Source: the human T2T-CHM13v2.0 reference genome, Homo sapiens. Taken from it: 64,000 nt of DNA. The stretch lies in NCBI RefSeq assembly GCF_009914755.1, contig NC_060937.1. The stretch is one strand, 5' to 3'. Shown here in pieces: positions 55,958-64,000 of this stretch; position 1 is the first letter of the stretch; every line of letters starts with the position of its first letter. Position numbers and translations under genes: made by a program. Below the pieces are notes generated by a model. It was not told where the DNA came from. It ran no database searches and saw only the letters and a program-made list of their open reading frames with translations.

Positions 55958-56689
55958 TTAAGGCAAGACAGAAACTTCTAGAATGCTTTCTAGTTATTGA
56001 AAGAACAGTTTGATCCTGTGTTGGTGTGGCTTGTCATCACTTCTTTTCTCTCTTTCTTTCCCCTCAGTCCTATCCACTTACTGTAGATTCTAAATGTTCA
56101 TGTCAGGCTGTCCATGGGGATACATGCATCCTTACCAGGGAGCATATAAAAACTCTCTGACTAAAGCAAGGGTTGTTTACCAACAAAGATTTTTTTTGTT
56201 ATTATCACTTTGAGTCTATTCTCGTGCTTGCTTTACCTTTCCTTTTTCAACTTGTTCAAAGCTCTCTTTCCCAGTGGACACTGAAACTACCTTCTTACCC
56301 TACCTTGTGGTATCTATTGACATCTATCTCTTGACAGCCTCCCTGGCTCTGAAGCTTTCCCTGACCTTCATGCTGTATGTATTTCTCTATGTCTAGCTTT
56401 GACTAGAATTTATTCTGGGTAACTCTTCTTGTCTCCCTTGACTAAGCTTCTGTAATACTTGCCCTAAATTCACAACTGGCTGCATTCCATGATTCAACAA
56501 AGCATTATTGAGTATTTTTTTCTTAAGGGAGTTGAGAAAATAATTGTAATGACCTATATGACCATAATGACATATATACATATATAACATAAATATGACA
56601 AATATTTATATGTTGTAATCATAATAATATGTTGCAATAGTTTTACAACTACCTAAGTATTTAGCAGCTTATTTTTAAAAATGACAGTC

Positions 56690-56900
56690 ATTTATTAAGC
56701 ACTTATGTGCCAAGCACAGTACAATTATTTTATGTGTATTTCTTTTTTTTACATGTGTCATAATAATATTACTTATAGATATCATGATCTTGATATCTCA
56801 AATTAGAATAATGAAGCTTGGAAGGGTTAAATCATTTAGCTTAAGTTTACATCTATCAAGTAACAGAGCTAGGATTTAAATCCAGGTATGCTGAACTCAG
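56690..56900 (-). mobile_element. MIR SINE remnant
   Basis: catttattaagcacttatgtgccaagcac...aagtaacagagctaggatttaaatccagg. Confidence 0.65.
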
Positions 56901-57169
56901 CTACATTGGGCTATTGTAAAATATTGTGGTACCACTGATGGAAGTTTCAGTCATAGTACCAATTTACATCTAGATAGTCTGCCTAGTTTGAGAATAGTGA
57001 TTATTAGTGACCTCTGGTAGCTACAGCAGATCCCTGTATCTTTTTGCATCATTTTTAGGTGGCTGTTATGACACTGTTAACAATATTTATTAATGACTGG
57101 AAGTATTCGTTATTCTGTGTTTCAAATATTTACATGGGTCCATGGATATTCAAATATGTAAAAACTGAG

Positions 57170-57557
57170 AGATATGATTTGGATTCGAGTCCCTGCCCAA
57201 ATCTTGTGTCAAACTGTAATCCCCAGTGTTGGAGGTGGGGCCTCGTTGGGAGGTCATTAGATCAGGGGGTGGATTTCCCCTTTTGGTGATGTTCTCATGC
57301 TAATGAGTGAGTTCTCACAATATCTGGTTGTTTAAAACTGTGGGGCAGCTTCCCACTCTCTCTTTTCCTCCTGCTCCAGCCATGTAGGACATGACAGCTT
57401 CTCCTTTGTCTTCTGTCATGATTATAAGTTTCCTGAGGGCTCCCCAGCCATGCTTCCTGTACAGCCTGCAGAACTATGAGGCAATTAAACCTCTTTCCTT
57501 TATACATTACTCATTCTCAAGTAGTTCTTCATAGCAATATGGGAACGGACCAATACA
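57170..57557 (+). mobile_element. MST (MSTA-like) solo LTR
   Basis: tgtaatccccagtgttggaggtggggcct...aattaaacctctttcctttata...ggaccaataca. Confidence 0.88.
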
Positions 57558-58451
57558 CTGGATTCAGACTATTTTCTCTATAGCATATACTATGAAAGGG
57601 TAGATTATTCTCATTTTTCAATTGTTCTTTGATCAAGGATATTAGGTGGGGTTTATGAGCCCTCATGAGTTTCAGCTGTTATTTGCATCAACCCCCATTC
57701 CCATATGTGTGTGTATGTATTCTGTGTAACTTTCCAATAGATGTATTTATCTATAGATATGTTCATTTATCTATATGAATATGTGCTCATATTAGTATAT
57801 TCTTTTTGTTGATGTACTTATCAGAATTTCAAAGTGGTCTGAGTTCTCAAATATGCTTAGACCCAATAGCCTAGTCTCCAAAAATCTACAATTAGGTAGG
57901 GAGAAATAGATTCCATCATAATGCTTTTTAGGAAAAATCAATAGTCAATTAATTTAGTAAAACATAGTATCATTTAGCCCCATCTGTCTTTTTTATGTGC
58001 AATCATAGAGTAAGAAATTGCAATAATTGACTTTTGAGATCTTTCTGTGGACATCCTTGTTCAAAAATCCAGAAATCTTGCTTAGAGAGGAAATGAGATT
58101 GTGAAACTGGAAGAAAGAAACCATTTTCTGCTTCCTATACTGCTATACCTCTGTTGTGTTCTGTCTGTAAATTTAATCAGGCCCTTGCAAGTATTTATAT
58201 TATTCTTAGCCTCAGTTAAATCTTAGACTGAGCAACAGAAATTTCAGAATTTGATTTATCAGATATTGAAGAAAATGAAATTGCTCTACACACAATTTTG
58301 TTTCTTTTTGCTCCTTCTAGCACACAGTAGTGAAAGGGGAGAGTAGATTTACAGTCGGTACAGAGAAAAAAGAGAAAAGATGATCCAGTATTGCTGACAG
58401 GCCAAAGGACTTCTATGAATAGAGATTAGAGTTTGTTTGCTTTCTTAACTA

Positions 58452-58681
<230 letters not shown>

Positions 58682-60799
58682 ATTGGGCTCTTTCCTTGTG
58701 TCCAGTTATTGTGATAATTCAATATATGTTACTAACTCCCTAAAACAGCTATTTGAGATGGTGCTATCATTTTACAAGTAGTGTAAGCAAGATTACACAA
58801 GCAGTAAGTGGCACAACCAAAGTCTGATGGGTATTCTTAACCAATTCTCTTCTTCATATTCTTCTGCACATCTCTTGACCTGACCTGCTTACAGTGTCTG
58901 CTCTATACATAAACAACTAATAGTTGTGTGTGTTTTGCAGGTTTTTTAAAATGCTTGCTAGCTTATTTTGGTTGAAATTAAGAAAAAGCTTGAGTTTGCT
59001 ATTTACCTGGATTCCAGTAAAGATATAAATAATTGCTTTGTGAAGTAAAGAAGTGAAAATCATCCTAAGCAGGCAAAATGTGGAGTAAAAAATGCAGAAC
59101 TAGAGGTGACCGTGATAGTCCAGAGAGGTTTCAGTATCGTGGTCAGTTCATCAGTCTCACCTTCCAGTTTTCTCCACAATGATGCTATTCAATTAGACGA
59201 AATATATGAACTTGTTACTTATTGTAATTTCTCAGGAATATTGCTGTCATATATCTATGATTGACTATAAGGAAGATGTAAGAAAATTAATTTTATTTAT
59301 TTTTTTTTACTAAAGAAAACAGTATAGCCTAATTAATAAAGTGTGAGTGTTGAAAAGGATGATGCCTGGGTTCAAATCTCTGTTTGACAATCATTAATTG
59401 TGAGAATTTCAGAACTTACTTTTAAGCCCCTATTCTTTTAACCCTCTATTTCTTTGTCCTTAACATGGAAATGCTTTAGCTAAATAAACGTAATAGAATT
59501 GTTGTAAAGGTTAAATTGGGTGCTATATAAGATGACTAAGATTATTCAGGGCACGAAGTAGGAATAGGCTTTGATAAACAGTCATTTTGTTGCTCTTATT
59601 ATTATCTTCTATCAAGAAATGCCATTGATATAAATTAGGTAATTAGTGAGTTACATTTGGTTCCAGCAAAAAAATGAACTTCTGGATTTAAATAAACCAG
59701 GCAATCTTATTTACAGTTTTTGAGATATAAAGAACATTACTTTCTTAATCTAAAACTATAAGCTCTATCATTGATATAAATAATGAGAAGCAACACATTT
59801 GAATATTTGAGACAGAAGCAAACACTTTATATCTATTTAAAAATGAATAATTTAGTTTCCCTGTATAGTTCGATATTTGTTTAAAAGCATTTTTTTAAAG
59901 CTAATCAGAACTTAATCTGATTATAAAATTTTGAAAGCCTTTCTCTGCTTTGAAAGACATTTTCTAAATTTTGAAACATTATTCTCATTTTGGATATAAA
60001 ATCTCTCATTTGAGTCTCAAATTTTCAGAGAAATTGAGCTTTCTTTCTCTTATTTTTAAATAAGCAATTATACAGAAATTTTTTCTTATTCTAAGGCCAC
60101 CCTGAATCCGGAGCAGCATTAGAAAGAGAGGATATGACTCCCTTCCACCAAAAACAAACAAATAAAAAACATGGATTGATGTGAGGGCAATTTCACATGT
60201 ACATTGGATGGCAGAAGAGAGTGTGGAAGTGCTTCTGTACAGGGAGGTCAGGATGACACCACCCACTTGGAACTCAAAAGAGACCCACATTCACTTAGTA
60301 GCATAAATCTGAAAACCTTCCATGAAAGTGCATGCCTCAGTGGTTCTGGAAGTCTCACTCTTGTCTCACAATGTTTTTCATATAACATACTATGATTTGT
60401 GAAATACTAAATTCATCAAGCCTATAAAATATCATTAAATCTCTATAGCCTGCTTTGATTCCACTGTATGCAACTCTGCCCGCTTTTTTCTTAAATGTAA
60501 TTGGGGATAAAATGGGAAAAGAAATACTCTCTCCTTTTGGAAGCAAAAAACTTGAATCCTTTAACCTTTCAGCATCTCAGTTTGTCTCTCCGTCAAAGGG
60601 TTGATAATATATCCCACATTTACTTTGTTCTTTTTTCGATGTGTGTGCTCTTCAAATGTGAAAAGCTTTTGCAACCTGGAATGTTGCTAATTATCATAAT
60701 CTCTCAACTGGACAAGTGCTAAAAGCTTCCTAACTTGTTCTCTGCCTCTGTTCTTTCTTAATTAAAACTACTCTGTACACACAAACCCAGGGTTTTTTT

Positions 60800-61125
60800 T
60801 TTTTAAAACCATGAGTCATAATTAGAACTTTGAAATGCCTTCCCATTGAGAATAAAATCCAAATTTATTTTCCAAGTATTAGGGCCACATATAATCTGAG
60901 GTGTACCCACATTCCAAACTTACTGTGTTAAGCTTTGCTCATATGTGCCAGCTACACTATCTTTTATATTCCTCAAAAAACCTCTTGGTCACCTTTTATT
61001 TTCATATTCACTAAAATATAAAATTCCCAAGAACAGAAAACGTGTGTGTCTTATTCCCTGCTCTACTCCAAGCACCTAAGACAGTGCCTGGCACGTAATA
61101 GATGCCAAGTATGTGTTAAATGAAC
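60800..61125 (+). mobile_element. L2 3' remnant
   Basis: agcacctaagacagtgcctggcacgtaatagatgc...tgttaaatgaa. Confidence 0.6.
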
Positions 61126-62939
61126 TTGCTTTCTACATACATTAGCTCCTTTTAGAAACTAAATAAAAAATGAATGAAGAACAAGCTCAAGTATTTAAAA
61201 AAATTTGTACATACATTTTATTTCAATTTATTTCGAAAAGCTTCAATTTTGTTTAATGGGTGTCATCTTGGTATTGTACTATGGTTAATGGCCTTCATTT
61301 TATTCATTTGTATTACACAATATGATACGTTGATTTGGTGTGCTGCTCCTATTTACTCATATATAAATTGTAACCCTAAAATATCAACAGAATACACAGA
61401 AGAAAAGTTATAGCAGAGAGCTAGCCCATAAATATAAGTAGAAATATCACTGCCCAAGAGTTCAAGGAGAAGGTTCTGAACTTTTGGATGAAGAAAATAA
61501 ACAGCATGAGCAGAACTAGAGTGGACGTTTTATTTGTGTATGCCTGGAGTTCATTCAACTGTATACAATTATTATTTTCTATTAATATTTATTTTCTTTT
61601 AAGTTTTAATACTTTTAAGCTTCTTAGCAACTTAGAACTTTAATTATATCATAAGCTTAGACAATTCTCTTTCCTTTTTCCTAAGAAAAATCATGACATA
61701 TCTCCAGTCAGGTATTACTCCTGTTTTACATTCAGTTTTCAACAAGCTGGGATAGAGATGATAGAGAGAAAGAGGGCAGTTGCAATGAGAAAATAGGTGC
61801 ATTTTGTTCTTACGATTATCTTTGATTCTCTCTAAAGACAAGATATTAAATGACCTTTGGTTCATATTCTAAAAATCAGTAAGCTTATTCAAATTCACAA
61901 ATAATTGCTCACTTCAGTAAACAGTATAGTTAAAAGTATTCAAAATCATAGCTCAATCAGTAAAAGTAAATAATAATATAACAAAATAATATTATCAAAC
62001 ACTTATTTAATACTATTTTTAGGACATTCTATAAAGTCCTTTAATTCTTCTATTTAATTAATGAATTTAAATTCACAACAACTCTATGAGAAGTACTATG
62101 TTTATTCCCATGATTTAGTTGAAAAATAAATGGAGCCTCAGAGAGGTTAAATAAAGTTTCTATGCTAGTAGATGAAAGATGGGGTTGCAAATCAGGGAAG
62201 TCTTTCTTTCTGAGCCTATAAAAATGAATTTCCTCAGGCCTTGATTTTTCCTGCCTTCTCTCTCTATCCTTATTTTAAGACTAATCAGCATGTGGTTTAC
62301 ACCTACTGTGATGGATTGCCATGGTTACCTAATTTAACAATACAGTGAACTTAAAAAGAACATTTCTGTAGCCATTCATTTCTAGGTGGTTTTGACTGAA
62401 CATTTTAAAATACAGGTCACAGAATAATACTTATCACTGATATATCATTTTTACAAAATGGATCTTTCAGATTTAACATGCATTTATGTAAGTAATTGTA
62501 GGTACTTATAAAAGGCAATTTATAAATATTAAGTCACTTAATTCTTACTACAACATTATGAATGGATACTAATTATTATTCTTATTTAACTAATGATTCC
62601 AGCTGATGTTATATAGATGTGTATGAGAAAGCTAATGCTTTGGCTTGACTCTAGTCTGAGAATTCTCATCATATTCAACTAGAATTATTCCTCTTGAGGA
62701 TTTTACTGAGGTATTATCTATGCTACAGTTAATTATTAGATTTTATTCTGATCTGTGCAATTTAAGTCCGGTCAATAATATTCATGCATCTTTGGGTAGA
62801 ATTCACACACTGGAATATAATTCTAGAACATTTCTACAGTGGAAGCCTTTGGATGTTGAGTAACAGAGACCTCAACAAAAGCAGTTGAAGTAATTAACCA
62901 TTGCCAAGAGTAAAGGTGTGTTCTTATGGTACAAACACA

Positions 62940-63260
62940 GGTTGGGTGCCGTGTGGCTTACGCCTGTAATCTCAGCATGTTGGGAGGCTGACGCAAGCAG
63001 ATTGCTTGACATCAGGAGTTCAGGACCAGCCCGGGGAACATGGTAAAACCCTGCTTCTACAAAAAGGACAAAACTTAGTTGGGTGTGGTGGTGTCTGCCT
63101 GTAGTCCCAGCTACTCGGGAGGCTGAGATGGGAGGATCACTTGAGCTTGGGAGGTTGAGGCTGCAGTGAACCATGACTGTACTACTGTACTGCAGCCTGG
63201 GTGACAGAGTAAGACCTTGTCTCAAAAAAAAAAAAAAAAACAACAAAAGATACAAAAAAG
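62940..63260 (+). mobile_element. Alu (AluJ-like)
   Basis: Dimeric Alu with poly(A). Flanks tacaaacacag / tacaaatacag are a probable TSD. Confidence 0.9.
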
Positions 63261-63464
63261 ATACGAATACAAATACAGCTGATCATACTTGCCTTGGATT
63301 CACATTCCAAGTTACCCAAATTGTGTGCCTTTTTTGCCTTATTTATTTTACGCTACATGAGATCACCAAAATCATCTTTCTTTATTTCAGTGTATGTAGA
63401 TGTGTGCATGCATATGTGCATGCACATACATACAAGAAGGATACATTTCTGAGCATCTCTTCTA

Positions 63465-63765
63465 ATCATTTGGGGCCTTATGACTACTCCTGGCCAATGG
63501 GCAGAAGTGGAATTTGACATGTATCATTTCTAGATTAAGCAAAATACGGCAGATTGGAATTACCCATTCATTCTCTTCCCTTATTGCAGTGATTCAAAAG
63601 CCAAATGCTCCAAATACATAGGTAAAAGTGTAAGCCACCTGGATCCCTAAACCACTGCTTGGATGGGAGCTGCCTTGCAACAGCACTGTGTACAAAACAT
63701 GCATTTATGTGTTAAACTACTGAGATTTGAGAGCACATTGATTATTACAGCATAATTTTATCTGC
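63465..63765 (+). mobile_element. Old MLT1-family LTR remnant
   Basis: tggccaatgggcagaagtgg...ttatgtgttaaactactgagatttg...ttattacagcataa. Confidence 0.6.
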
Positions 63766-64000
63766 CAAGGACTCACCACAAAGCAGTTTAGATTGTTTGA
63801 ACTGAGTGAATTTAAGGTAGGAAACTGGTTACACAGACTAGACAAAGGAAGGAAATTGGATACACAGACTAGACAAAGCAAACAAGACAGTAAGGCAACC
63901 CAGAGATTAGCCACAAGAAGCTGCTACCCTTGAAAGAGAAGGACAATGGGAGAAGACGGTATTAACTCAGAAGCCAAACCCATACAATGAGAGCTGGAAC

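Overview
This is primate (hominoid-like) non-coding genomic DNA: AT-rich, dense in transposable elements, with no recognisable host protein-coding or RNA gene. It holds two near-full-length LINE-1 elements in convergent orientation: an L1PA7/8-like copy on + (~1074-7220) and an L1PA4/5-like copy on - (10675-20492) with a perfect 18-bp target-site duplication (TSD). It also contains MaLR LTR elements, a MER31-like LTR, MER20, five Alus, and older L1, L2 and MIR fragments. The standout is a ~4-kb composite inside the 5'UTR of the second L1 (15798-19771). It consists of about 34 copies of a GC/CpG-rich ~79-bp hairpin-forming repeat (SATR-like) interleaved with two ~620-bp copies of a gammaretroviral (HERV-E-like) pol fragment. 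It replaces roughly 250 bp of L1 5'UTR, apparently including the ZNF93-bound segment. Several short templated duplications and a non-classical L1 fragment are also visible. All subfamily names come from recalled consensus sequences rather than a database search, and boundaries of old repeats are approximate.
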